From: a virus
IMG/VR virus record: IMGVR_UViG_3300028591_000197
Length of the DNA stretch: 64,000 bases
Direction: 5' to 3' (one strand)
Under the pieces are notes generated by a model, which was not told where the DNA came from, made no database searches, and saw nothing but the letters and a program-made list of their open reading frames with translations. Of the stretch, positions 52,260-62,816 are shown piece by piece; within the stretch, counting starts at the first letter, position 1; each line of letters begins with the position of its first letter. The position numbers and the translations under genes are program-made.

Positions 52260-52769
52260 TTAGAAACCACAATATCCTCCGATGAGTTTATATTCTTCTT
52301 CGTTCAAGAAGAAGGCAGGCTGTTTCTCTTCGTTAATTCTTTTTTCTTTGAATTCATTTAACTCAGCATTAGCTTCATCTGTTACTTTCTGATATTTATC
52401 AGACAATTCAGATAGCTGTTTATCTAAGTTAACAAGCTCCTCTTCCTTTTCATTATCCCAATTTCATCCAGCTTTTTCTTTTGCTAACTCGTTTCTTTTG
52501 TCTCCGATAGGTTTCATCTCTTCTGAAATTTTATCCCATTCAGGTTTACATTTTGTTTCAACCAACTCGTGAGCTTTAGCTTCAATCTCTGCTCCTATAG
52601 CTTTGTAGGTATCAGAGGCTTCTAATAGTTCTATAATTTTACTGATTTTCTTTAGGTCGTTGCTAAAGAGATTTACCAAATCTCCGAATGTTACAGAGGC
52701 AATGGTTGTGTGAAGCCACTGGTCAATAAGTCTAGCTTCTTTAATGCTTATAGCAGTTTGTTTTGCCAT
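52260..52769 (-). CDS. helical hypothetical protein (about 169 aa)
   Basis: Track ORF 52464..52769 read through its TGA to TAA at about 52260. Confidence 0.45.
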
Positions 52770-52776
52770 TTTTTTG

Positions 52777-53298
52777 TTAATAATTAGATAAATAGTTTTT
52801 ACATTTTTTTAAATCTTTACTTTTGTGGTCTTCATCTTCATCCCACATCCAATCATTCGAGTTAGTAATTATAACTCTAGTTATAGGGCAATTCCTAATG
52901 TACCCCACATTCTTTGCAAACAATTCAGACACAACAAATTTGTTGTCGTCGGGGATTAATCCTACATCTGTGAATAAATCAAATAGTGAAGTAGCCATAT
53001 TGTCTACATCTCATTTCATTTTATTCCAAGCAATAGAATAGATAAGTATCTTGCACGGAAAATATTCTAGCTTCCAATCAATACCACTTAATTTATCGAC
53101 CATAATTTTATGTCGTTTCATATAGTTCTCGCTAGGCAATACTGTGTGTCAAAACACTCTTTTGCTGTTCTTCTTTGGGAAGATGTTTCAGTAGAAATAT
53201 AGTTCAACTCTATCCTTGCTGTTGTCCGTTACTTCTACATCCATTATATCCCATTTCCATTGTTCGCTAGGACTTAATTCTTTTTTCTTTTTAGGCAT
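52777..53298 (-). CDS. rusA: RusA-like Holliday-junction resolvase (about 173 aa)
   Basis: Carries ...GDVDNMATSLFDLFTDVGLIPDDNKFVVSELFAKNVGY...ITRVIIT. The D-x-DN...D...DD pattern fits RusA. Track ORF 52777..52998 is its C-terminal part. Confidence 0.5.
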
Positions 53299-53614
53299 CT
53301 AGTCAATATTGTAGACGTAAAACGTTTCTTGTATAATTCTTTAGCCAATTGATTATGGATTGTAGGTCAGCAATATCTACATCAAGTATATATCAATGAG
53401 AGAATTCTCATTCAGAAGTTTTTACGTGAACATAGATTATTCAATCTCAATCTGTATGTAGGTCAAAGAATTTTTCTAGCTTCTTAATAGGTTCTTCTAG
53501 CGCATAAAAGGCGCAATCAAATTCTTCTAAGAAGTTTTGTAAAGTTTCAATAATAGCTAAGTCTTGTTTCTCCATTATTCTATTTTTTTGAATAAATTCG
53601 GCAACTCCTCACAT
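53291..53614 (-). CDS. hypothetical protein (about 107 aa)
   Basis: ATG at 53614, with a stop overlapping the rusA start. Confidence 0.35.
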
Positions 53615-53615
53615 T

Positions 53616-54003
53616 TAATTACATACATTTCTGCTCTGTATCAATCTCATCATTTCGTCGTACGTTTTTCTGTGTCAATAAGCCTGAGTATTAATTCTCA
53701 CCTTTCTTGAACTCGCCACTCTCATTTGACATTATATACTATATAGTCTGCTTTGCTAGAATAAATACCTGAAGCTATTCAGCTACATCTTGTTTCTATC
53801 ACAAAGTTTCAAGTGTTCGATGCCATAGTGTCGAATTTAACCTCATAGGTTTCTTCTCAGTCTGGGGTAGTTATTTTAATATCCCAATCTTTAAACTTAC
53901 CTTGAGCGATTTCTAATTTAGAAATCCTTTTAGTGGTAAGTAGAACTTTAGCAAATTCAATTTGTGCATCTTCCCCAATTTTTAAATCGTTTACGAATGT
54001 CAT
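53616..54003 (-). CDS. hypothetical protein (about 128 aa)
   Basis: ATG at 54003. Its TAA stop is immediately followed by the next ATG. Confidence 0.35.
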
Positions 54004-54024
54004 ATTTTTGTTTTTGTTTATAAA

Positions 54025-54468
54025 TTAATTCCAAGAGGTTTTTTTCTTTCTACCTCTTTTCTTTTTAGGAGTTTCTTCTACAGGAGTAGCCTCTATAGTT
54101 TCAAATACAACCTCCTGTTTCTTTTCTTTTTCAGTAATTTTTTCCGTTACCTTAATATCCAATTGCACCATATCACCATCTAGAATAGCATTATTTATTT
54201 GTGATGTTTCTTTGTAGGTGAAAGCATATTGGGTAAAGATTTCAGTAACATCTTCTGGAGATACCAACACAAAGCTAGCTTCGTAAGGTAGCTCTACTTC
54301 ATTTCATAGAAAGAAAGAATAATCTTTTACTTCTCTTTCTACTACAATATGCACAAGCTCTTTCTTTTCTTGTGCTTTATCTATCAACCAATTGATAGCA
54401 TCTACTAATCTATTATAGTCCCCAATACCTGGGGCCCTTCTAATGTAATCTAATTTGAACATCCCCAT
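54025..54468 (-). CDS. hypothetical protein with Lys/Arg-rich (KKKRGRKKK) C-terminus; possible DNA-binding (about 147 aa)
   Basis: Track ORF 54025..54270 extends upstream through a TGA to the ATG at about 54468. Confidence 0.4.
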
Positions 54469-55049
54469 TAGTATGAAGGTAAAACAAAATTGTCTATTGC
54501 TAAAGCATCGGTATTCCTAGTTCCCCTTTTTTTCTTCTTAGGAAGGGGGGCTTGGGACCCCAAGTACTCGGGTTCAGAAATTTTGGCCGGTATTTCGGGT
54601 TCCGCCTCAACAATGACTTTTTTCTCCTTTTGCTCCTTTTTTCTTACGAGAATTTCCTTGTCCAAGGTATCATTCTCAGTTTTAATTCTTTCTAGAGCTT
54701 CTCTTTTAGATTTATTAGCCTCAAGATATTCTTTCACTAAAGTTTTACTTTCTTTAGCAATTACCTTAAATGGCTCTGGTAGTTCTGAGATAGTCTGTGT
54801 ATATAAATCCATAACTATTGTGGCTAGTTGAAACTTGTCCAACTCTATATTGTGATTGTCTAGATACTCTTCACATACCTCAATTAGCTTAGCATTTATA
54901 TCGTCAAGCATATCATCTGGGTCAGCTTTGTTGTGCTTGATGATTACCTCCAATCATACCTTCTCCAAAGAGAACTCTAGTATTCATTGGTACACAGTTA
55001 TAAACTGCTTTAACTCTTTACGAGTTCATTTAGCGGTTGTCTGCATCTT
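54468..55049 (-). CDS. hypothetical acidic protein (about 193 aa)
   Basis: The track ORF uses a TTG start. The frame continues upstream to an ATG at about 55049 that overlaps the end of the sigma-like gene. Confidence 0.35.
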
Positions 55050-55590
55050 CTAAATCATTTTGCTCGATAAATCTTTTTACTTTAGTAGCAATTGTATCTA
55101 CTATATCTCTCACATTATAATATGTGGTTTTCATTAGTCTAGCTATTTCGTACTTTCATCTACCTTCTCATAGATATTGTAGGACTTTAGCCTCAAGTGG
55201 GGTAATCACATTGTTTACGACTAATACATATTGTAGCATATCGACATCCATATCATAGCTCCAGTGTTCGCTATCTCTAATGTCGTCGATAGTATAACTT
55301 TCTGGTCCGAATTGATTGAGTTTGTTATATAACACTCAACCTCATCTATTAAATAGATACCATAGCTTACTGATTTTCTTTTCGTTAGCAACATCTTCTC
55401 TAAGAAGAATGTTGTCTGCGATTAGAAAGCTCTCAGAAAGAATATCATCTTTGGTGTAGGTATAGTTTTTGTGACGTAATAGAGGGTTCTTCCTCATAAG
55501 TAGTTCCATATTCTCGTATAGGAATATTCTACCTTGTTCAATGTCTTTTTTATATAAATCTAATACCCTTTCATAGATATTCTTTTGCAT
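55030..55590 (-). CDS. sigma-factor-like protein with region-4 helix-turn-helix (about 186 aa)
   Basis: The C-terminus LEAKVLQYLGEGRGKYEIARLMKTTYYNVRDIVDTIATKVKRF matches the sigma-70 region 4 / LuxR-type HTH pattern. Track ORF 55342..55623 is its N-terminal part. Confidence 0.4.
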
Positions 55591-55600
55591 TTTTTTGTTT

Positions 55601-56811
55601 TTATTTTGGTAAATTGAGTTCATCTTCTAGGCACCTAGCACAGGTTACCAATGTAACTCATAGGAATTTACTTACACATTCATACATATATTGGTAAGCA
55701 GTTTCAGCCAAGTGGATATAATCTAAATCATCCATCTTTGTATTTAGAACTTCTTGGCTAAATTGATAAATGGCTATAGAATGCTTAACCAAACACCACA
55801 TATGGTCGTCACACTCTATAGCCATTTCCTTTAATTTTCTCATAGCTAATCTTCTCTCCTCCAAGAGGCTTTCCATTTTCATCTCGTGCCATACACTTTC
55901 CTCTTCCAAGTCAGCAGCTTCATCTTCTGAGAAGACTTTTCTGTTGTTTAAATCTACTTGTAGAGAATTGTATAATTCATAATGATGAGAATAGCTAGCA
56001 ATAAGATTAGCAATGAGTTCAATGAGCTCTGTTGCAGCTCAGCGTTGACTATCTTTATTCATTACATTCTATCGAGTGAGCCTTCCGTGGTTTCTATATG
56101 TCCCTCGTGTACTCACACTAAATAATCGTAGAGCTTTTCTTTTACGAATTGCTCTGCTTCATCTCTCTTAACAATATGAGTGATGTTTTGGTGCTGCATT
56201 TTCTTTTGCTTTGTGAATACAAGATAGCTAAACGAAATTGCATCTATATCTGGATGCTGTAGGAATTGGAACCAAGGGTAAAACCTTCATTGATAACATC
56301 AGAAATCTCGTTTCTCTGTTTCGTTCCATTTTTTCTTAGCCGTCTTGCAATCAAACAACATAGCACCATTCATTCACCAATCTATTTCCCCCGTCAATAT
56401 AATCTTATAACCACTAAAGTCTACCTCAACTGCACTCCTAAGGTTTCTTATATCATACATACCAATAGCTTCGTACTGCTCAGATAGAGGTATTAGTTGT
56501 TCTAGTCAGTCGTATAGCCAAGTGAATTGCTTGTCTTCTTCTCAACTAGAAGAATAATATCTCATTCTCTCTGGGTTCATCATACTTCTTGCTATCTCAA
56601 TCTGATGTTGGGCTGCCTCAACTCATTGATTAATTCTAGCAAAAACTATATTCTCCACTAAGTTTCAAACCCAATATGTATTGGCTTTTTTCTTAGGTTC
56701 CAACTCTCCAACGAATGGAGGTGTAGGAACAAGAGCTTTTTCTATCTCAGTAACTGAGACTATGATAGTTTTATAATCTTCCTTAAGAGGTGCAAATTGG
56801 TGATAGAGCAT
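55601..56811 (-). CDS. hypothetical protein adjacent to SSB (about 403 aa); possible recombination or replication function
   Basis: Continuous frame with TGA read as sense. Track ORF 55658..55909 is its C-terminal part. Confidence 0.4.
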
Positions 56812-56827
56812 TAGTAATTATTTTGTG

Positions 56828-57495
56828 AACTAAAACGGAAGTTCATCCGTATCATATTTATTTACAGGAGTTTCTTCTACATCTTCACTGTCACTAACTT
56901 CATTCTTGTAAGTAAGTAACTTAGCACCCCATTCCTGTTGTAGAACTCTTTGTTCTGGAGTTAGAGGTTTAACTGTAGTGAATGATGGGTAAGTGTATTT
57001 AACACTTCAAGTCTTTCCATCTTTAACTTCTTTCAAAGTTACAGTGTTGTTAGCTTCAGCATTTCTGTTCTCATTACTAAATGAGTTCATCCATTCTTGT
57101 GAAGCTGCTCATTTGATACAGAATGTTCTAAGTACATCTGTTTCTTTAGGGTCAATGTAATGTACATTAGTTGTAATCTTTAACCCTAAAGCCTTTACCT
57201 TGTCTTTGATATCCTTCCAAAGTCCTTCATAAAGGATTTCTCAATTGTTACTTCTAACTGTAAATGGGTCATTAGCAAATGAATAGATTTCATTTGACCA
57301 TACTCCACCTTTATCAGCTAAGTATCATTTAATGCTATAACTTTCTGCTATAACAACAAACTCTTTAGGTAAAGTAATTTCTTCTTCTTCTTGTTTGTCT
57401 CTATTCCAAGCGAAGAATTTTCAGTTCTTCCAGTTAGCCCAGGAAGATGAGGGATGTCTAGGCTTATCGCTAGTAGGTTGTCCAAAGATTGGCAT
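56828..57495 (-). CDS. ssb: single-stranded DNA-binding protein (about 222 aa)
   Basis: The C-terminal tail ...EETPVNKYDTDELPF* matches the SSB acidic tip (D-D-D-I-P-F type). The 21-nt repeat abuts its ATG. Confidence 0.6.
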
Positions 57496-57568
57496 CTTTT
57501 TTAATAGGTTAATTAAATAAAGGTAACCCTTTTTTAACGATTTAATTTTCTAAGTCAAGAGGAATTTT

Positions 57569-57853
57569 TTATTTTGTCATATAATATAGATTTTTCAGAG
57601 TCAAGAACCCTGTTTTTTCGTCTGGTGAAAAACATATAGCATCAATCAAACATCACACCTCTTCATTAAGTGATAACACAGACGCTTGTAATGGTGAAGG
57701 TAGGTCTTGTTCTAGAATGAATTGTATCAAAGACTTTGGTAGGTATACAACTCATTCCATTACATCTAGCTTGTCTCTAGTTATAATCTTAATGGTTCAG
57801 TGGTCGTAAACTACGGTGTAACCATTTACTGCTTTATATGGATTTAGTCCCAT
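57569..57853 (-). CDS. hypothetical protein (about 94 aa)
   Basis: ATG at about 57853 and TAA at about 57569. Confidence 0.3.
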
Positions 57854-57866
57854 AGTTGTTTGAATA

Positions 57867-58154
57867 CTAATGTAAAAGTTTTTCTTTCGCAAGTGCGATG
57901 AAACTTTCAGGCTTTGACCTCTCGTAGTCTTTCTCCCCTACAAGTCTAAATCTAATAGTGTAAGGATAATCTTTCCTCATATGGCAAAGGAGCCATCGGC
58001 CCTTTAGACCGAGAAGAAATTCTACTTCGGTAGAGAAGTCTCAGTCGAGTTCATCCGTCCATTCCATTTTGTTTGCTATAGCCTCACGGTATAGCCCCTG
58101 TTTGGTTTCGTTGAATGTCATAGATTTTCGCTTGCTAGATGCTGTGTTTTTCAT
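57867..58154 (-). CDS. hypothetical protein (about 95 aa)
   Basis: ATG at about 58154 and TAG at about 57867. Confidence 0.3.
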
Positions 58155-58229
58155 TACATAATATATTTTTTAAATTCCCCTTGACTTCGAATTGCTAATC
58201 TGTATAAAATACCTCGCTGTCAATATCTG

Positions 58230-58514
58230 CTAGTTGACATTTTCTAATTTTCTATTCCAACTAGCAACTCCGAGGTATCGGCAGACTTTAAATCATTTTG
58301 TTTGGGCTCTTTTCAAGCTCATTCAAACACCTTTGTATTTGTGGGTAAAGGATACATTGGTAATACGATATTGTAGATTGGCTTCTATTTTTAGCCATTC
58401 TCAATTATCATCGGCTATTAAGTAACTCCAACCTTTCTTGTCGGTTGGGGTTGCTACTATTAGCTCATTAGTTAACTGTCTAGTTAAACGCGATAGTGTG
58501 TAATAATTGTTCAT
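58230..58514 (-). CDS. hypothetical protein (about 94 aa)
   Basis: ATG at about 58514 and TAG at about 58230. Plus-strand track ORF 58234..58425 is a shadow ORF. Confidence 0.3.
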
Positions 58515-58546
58515 CAACTCTCAACTAATATAATTTAAAATAGTTT

Positions 58547-58575
58547 GTGATACGAAAGTGGTAATATTACCACTT
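58547..58575. promoter_or_regulatory. perfect 18-bp palindrome AGTGGTAATATTACCACT followed by a T-run, in a gene-poor stretch of about 280 bp (58515-58801)
   Basis: Seen directly in the sequence. It could be a terminator, an operator or an origin element. Confidence 0.4.
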
Positions 58576-58801
58576 TTTTATCTAATCAAATGATTAGAAA
58601 CACTAGGTAGTACCGTTCTGAAAAAACAAAAGACGGTCGGCAAAATATCTAATCGATAAATTGTCCACCGTCTATGTTTAATTCCAGGCATTTCATTTTT
58701 TGTTTTTGTTTTTGGGTAAAGTTTTGATACCAACTACCTTATACTGAATTTAATATTAATTGCAAATGTTTTTTTATAAAGAGGATATAGTCTGTTCTGA
58801 G

Positions 58802-59398
58802 CTAGTCTAGCTCAAGTTTTTTGATTGCACTAGAATAGTTTTTCGTTCGTCACTTACACTCGCTAGTACAATAGTGGCCATTGAGCCAATCTTGCCCAGT
58901 GGTTCTATTCTCTCGTCATTTCTCTACATAGAGATTTACTCGATACTTGATGCTGTCTTCTATAGAAGAAAACTTTCTTTTAATGTATCCATTCGTGGTT
59001 TTCTGCATCAATCAAAAGCCGTTGTTACTAGGATACATCCCCTTCTGGAAGATAGAGCTTTCAGCATTGCTGACCCCTATTACATCCTGAATGCACTTTT
59101 TATAGTTCTTTACTTTCGAAGAGCATTCGTGTACGATAGTATAACTTACATCGTAATTCCCCACAAGCTTGTCAACTTGTTCTGCAAGTTTCTGCTCAGT
59201 CATTTCCCAAGTGTAGATGATTTGTTCCTCTTCCACTTTGGGAGTTGTAGGAACGACTTCTTCTACGGTTTCCCCCGTTAAAACAGATACTTGCATTTCG
59301 TTAATGATATCCTCGGTATGTCCTTGGTTGTATCATAATATGAAGACTAATATAATTACCATAACGGCAATTAAAATCTTCAATCGTTTGTTGGTCAT
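58802..59398 (-). CDS. N-terminally membrane-anchored protein (about 198 aa)
   Basis: Signal-anchor MTNKRLKILIAVMVIILVFILGYNQG. Track ORF 59012..59296 is an internal part. Plus-strand ORF 58874..59281 is a shadow ORF. Confidence 0.45.
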
Positions 59399-59528
59399 TC
59401 GATTTATTAAGAATTAAATCTTCCCAATGTATACTATGTATACAAAGGTGCCGACCATATCCTCTTGCCCTCTTTAGAGTAGCTCCAGATGATTGAGCTC
59501 AATCTCCGAGAACCGTTGCGAACAACTA

Positions 59529-59684
59529 CTACTCTTGGCTGAGGCTTCCACCTCTTCGTACTTTATTTCTCTCACACATTTCTTCATAGCCACACAATGT
59601 TTGGAATAAACATTGACGGCAGCTTTCAATTTGTATTCAATGTTTACAAATTGGGGTCTTTTCTTTTTCTTGGTCTTTTTCCAT
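59529..59684 (-). CDS. small Cys-rich protein (about 51 aa)
   Basis: ATG about 17-26 nt downstream of promoter motif copy 4. Sequence MEKDQEKEKTPICKHGIQIESCRQCLFQTLCGYEEMCERNK... Confidence 0.35.
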
Positions 59685-59700
59685 ATAATCCGTATAAGAA

Positions 59701-59716
59701 ATAAAAGTCTCTATAT
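59701..59716 (-). promoter_or_regulatory. conserved promoter-like motif copy 4 (TATAATCTATATATAG on the minus strand), preceded by an A6 tract
   Basis: Exact 16-mer. This is the only copy in the minus-strand early/replication-type block. Confidence 0.55.
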
Positions 59717-59725
59717 ATAGATTAT

Positions 59726-59949
59726 ATTTTTTAGGCTAATCAGTATAACGCATTATATTAAAAAGTCTATTAGGGAGCTCCTCGCTGTGCTTATTTTGTC
59801 TAAGCTTTTTTATTATCTTCCTATATTGATATGGACGAAGACTTCACCGATATGAAGACTTCTTATTCGTTTTCCATTTGCCCCTTTTATCTTTTCGTAC
59901 GTGACGACAATATGGGCAATGGCAACAACCAAAGCCCATACTTATAAAA
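59726..59949 (-). CDS. small basic zinc-ribbon-like protein (about 74 aa)
   Basis: N-terminus MGFGCCHCPYCRH... Confidence 0.35.
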
Positions 59950-60375
59950 TTAGAAGAATACATTGTAAGTTAAGATTAAATTCCAAATTAAAAAGATTAT
60001 GAATAATACTAATATTGTAGCATCGTGGAAATCAAACTTCCCCTCTAAATCTTTAATCTGTTCATCTTGTCTAACAATTATATCAAGCATCAACTTATCT
60101 ACCTTTTGTAGGTTCGCTATAATATCAATAGCATCTGATAGGTTCTCTGCATCTGTGATTTGGTTTTCCTTTATTGTCTCTATTGCTTTCTTGAATCCTC
60201 ATTCTCAATCAACTCAGAAACAAGCTTCTTCTGTAGAATAGATTCTTTCTGCATACAAATCTAAAACCCTTCCGTGCTCAATAATATCCTTAGCTACTCA
60301 GAAAACTGCTTCATTTAAGAAGTCTAAGTTTTCTCTTGTACTTTCACAAGTACATTCTTTTTTAGGCTGTCTCAT
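59950..60375 (-). CDS. C-terminally tail-anchored membrane protein (about 141 aa)
   Basis: Cys-containing N-terminus and the C-terminal helix ILVLFIIFLIWNLILTYNVFF. Confidence 0.35.
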
Positions 60376-60377
60376 AA

Positions 60378-61052
60378 TTAATTACCATTAAAAACTAAAT
60401 ATACGGTATTTGGATTCAATTCACCGTCTGCTTTCTTCCTCTCATATTCTTCAGAGGTCAAGTAGTTGACACAGTCAGCTATTCCTGCTGTAGGAGTGGC
60501 TCAAGCCGAAATGGCTCAAGCTCTAACCACAGGAGCGTGGTCATAGAGATATTCTCTTTCCCTATAGAATTCATCAATATTACCCATAGTTATTCTATTT
60601 GCATTACCTATCGTGGTTGTGGTTATTGTAGGGTGTAATCTACTTCATTTCTCTATCTCTATTAATTGTAACTCCTCTCTAAAGTATTCTCTAGGTGGAA
60701 ACTGTATTTGTGTTACATTAGGTAAGATAGTACCTTCTCTAATTGGTGACAATTCCATCTGAAGGGCTCTTAAAGTTTCGTTAAATCGCTCACCCAAAGC
60801 CTCATAAATAACTTCCGCTACATCTTGGTTCATATCTCTAGCAAGGTCTGTTAGTATAGAATACAGGTCTGGTCAAGGGACAGTCCAATTAAAATTTGTT
60901 CCATCTCTACTTTGAAACCTTATAACTCAAATAAACTCGTTTGGCTGGAGAGAGGTAGGAGTATTAGGCCACACTGTAATCACAACCCTTCAATGCATAA
61001 ATGTTTTTGAGAGTCTATTTCCCGTATCAATAATGTCGTCTTGCAGTCTCAT
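60378..61052 (-). CDS. hypothetical protein (about 224 aa)
   Basis: Track ORF 60645..60833 extends in both directions through TGA codons. The TAA/ATG junction is contiguous with the next gene. Confidence 0.4.
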
Positions 61053-61056
61053 TTTG

Positions 61057-62043
61057 CTACTTTAAGTAACTAAATATGTGGGCAATTACATCCACAGTTC
61101 GCCCATTCCCCAATTGAATATACCTTTGCGTATCGCTTACAGCACTTGTATAATTATCTGGTAGTGTCTGAAGCCTTTCGCATTCAACAGGCGTGAGCTT
61201 TCTAATTATGTCGCCATTTAACACCACATTCTTCTGGTCTCCACTAGCACAGGTTGTAGTAAGAGTAGGACATTTATCTATATAGCTTGTATACTTTAAT
61301 CTCCTATGTCCAGGTTCATATGGCATTATAGGTCTTCATCTTATTAGTTTAATTCAATTAGACATTTTACCACAGTGTGTAGTAAGAGTTCCCATCTTAT
61401 CATCTGGTCATTTAATGTTAGCAATAGGGTCTTCAAAACCTCACCAATTTGCTATCATATCAACCTGCTTTTGAGATAAGATATATTTCTCATCTACCTC
61501 CTCTAGCAAAACATCTTTCAAAGTTATTCACTTATCCTCTGGTAGTTGTATCTCTACCTTAGCATAAGTCCCATCGTCTTGTAGTTTACCTACCCAATAC
61601 AATCTCTTTCTATTCTGGGCACTAACTAAACTAGAGTTTATCTCTATTGGTGTTATTCACCAGAGTTGCTCGTTGATAATGTTAATGAAATCTTTCTTCA
61701 TTTTTACATTCTCGAGCAAGAAATATTTAGGTTTGTAATACTTGACAATGTCTACAAATTTAAAGAACAATGCACTCCTTGGGTCATTAAAGTTTAGCAT
61801 CTTACCAGCCATACTAAATCACTGACAAGGGCTACCCCCAAAGATTAAATCAATTCAATCTAATGGCCAAGTTTGCCAATCATTAACATCACCCATCTCT
61901 ATAATGTCTGGATGGTTTGTGGTCGCAACTGTAATTGCGTGTTTATCTATCTCACTAGCATAGTAATGAGTGAAGGATATTCAAGCTCTTTTTAATGCTT
62001 CATATCCACAAGCTATTCCGTCGAATAGTGAAAGTACTTTCAT
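61057..62043 (-). CDS. dcm: DNA (cytosine-5)-methyltransferase, orphan (about 328 aa)
   Basis: Motif I LSLFDGIACG, motif IV GGSPCQGFSMAGK, ENV, and the C-terminal QLGNGRTVDVIAHIF. Track ORF 61057..61326 is its C-terminal part. No restriction enzyme partner is seen. Confidence 0.65.
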
Positions 62044-62069
62044 TTTTATTTTTGTTTAAGAATAAAGGG

Positions 62070-62100
62070 TTTTTGTTAGAACAGGGTCAATTCAGGGTCA
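62070..62100. repeat. tandem direct repeat CAGGGTCAATT x2 (= TTGACCCTG x2 on the minus strand), about 35 nt upstream of the methyltransferase ATG
   Basis: Seen directly in the sequence. It is a candidate regulator-binding site. Confidence 0.4.
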
Positions 62101-62257
62101 ATTTTTTATTTATTGATACTGTTTCAAGTATTTATTAGTTCGGACCTAATATATACATTATCGGGTAACTGTGCTACCCCTTTTCAATATTCTATTTCTA
62201 GATATACCCACACACAGAAGATTAATAACTCTATCCCGAGTATGTAAACGAGGTATA

Positions 62258-62626
62258 TCAACCACTTCTGTCGTTTCTCTTTCTCCATCGAGTGATAATC
62301 TTTTCAAGTAAAATAGTTATCTTGTCCCCTATTAGACAGGGAAGACAGAGGTGAATAACCCAACTGTCTTCGTGTGTCCAATATTGTTTACAATGTCTGT
62401 TGCAATACATACAACTCTCTTCACTAATAGCTTCATAATCTTCCATTGTCTCTTCCAATAATTCACTAGCATTACTATCCAATGTAGCATCCATCCTTCA
62501 ATATTTTTCTTTCAAGTCTACCGTCCCCCAATTTATTTCTGCTAGCTCCTTCATTGTGTTATATCGATAGTCGACCCACTTAGCTTTCTTATCTACACTA
62601 GGAGTGAATGGTTTAAATCGTTTCAT
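62258..62626 (-). CDS. small C4 zinc-finger protein (about 122 aa)
   Basis: CMYCNRHC...CLPC. The track ORF extends upstream through a TGA. Confidence 0.4.
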
Positions 62627-62814
62627 TATCCTTTTACTAACTCAATAAAATCATCTAACTCTTTATCAATCATTTCTCTTATGGTATTCTTCAATTCCTC
62701 ATATTGAGTAATTTCTGGGTTATCAAAAGATGGTTCTCATAGGTGGTCTAGATTAGCATAGGAATCAACCACATCCATTATTTCATTAGCTAATTTTTCT
62801 GCTATACTTATCAT
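62627..62814 (-). CDS. small acidic protein (about 61 aa)
   Basis: ATG at about 62814. Its TAA stop overlaps the next ATG. Confidence 0.3.
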
Positions 62815-62816
62815 TT

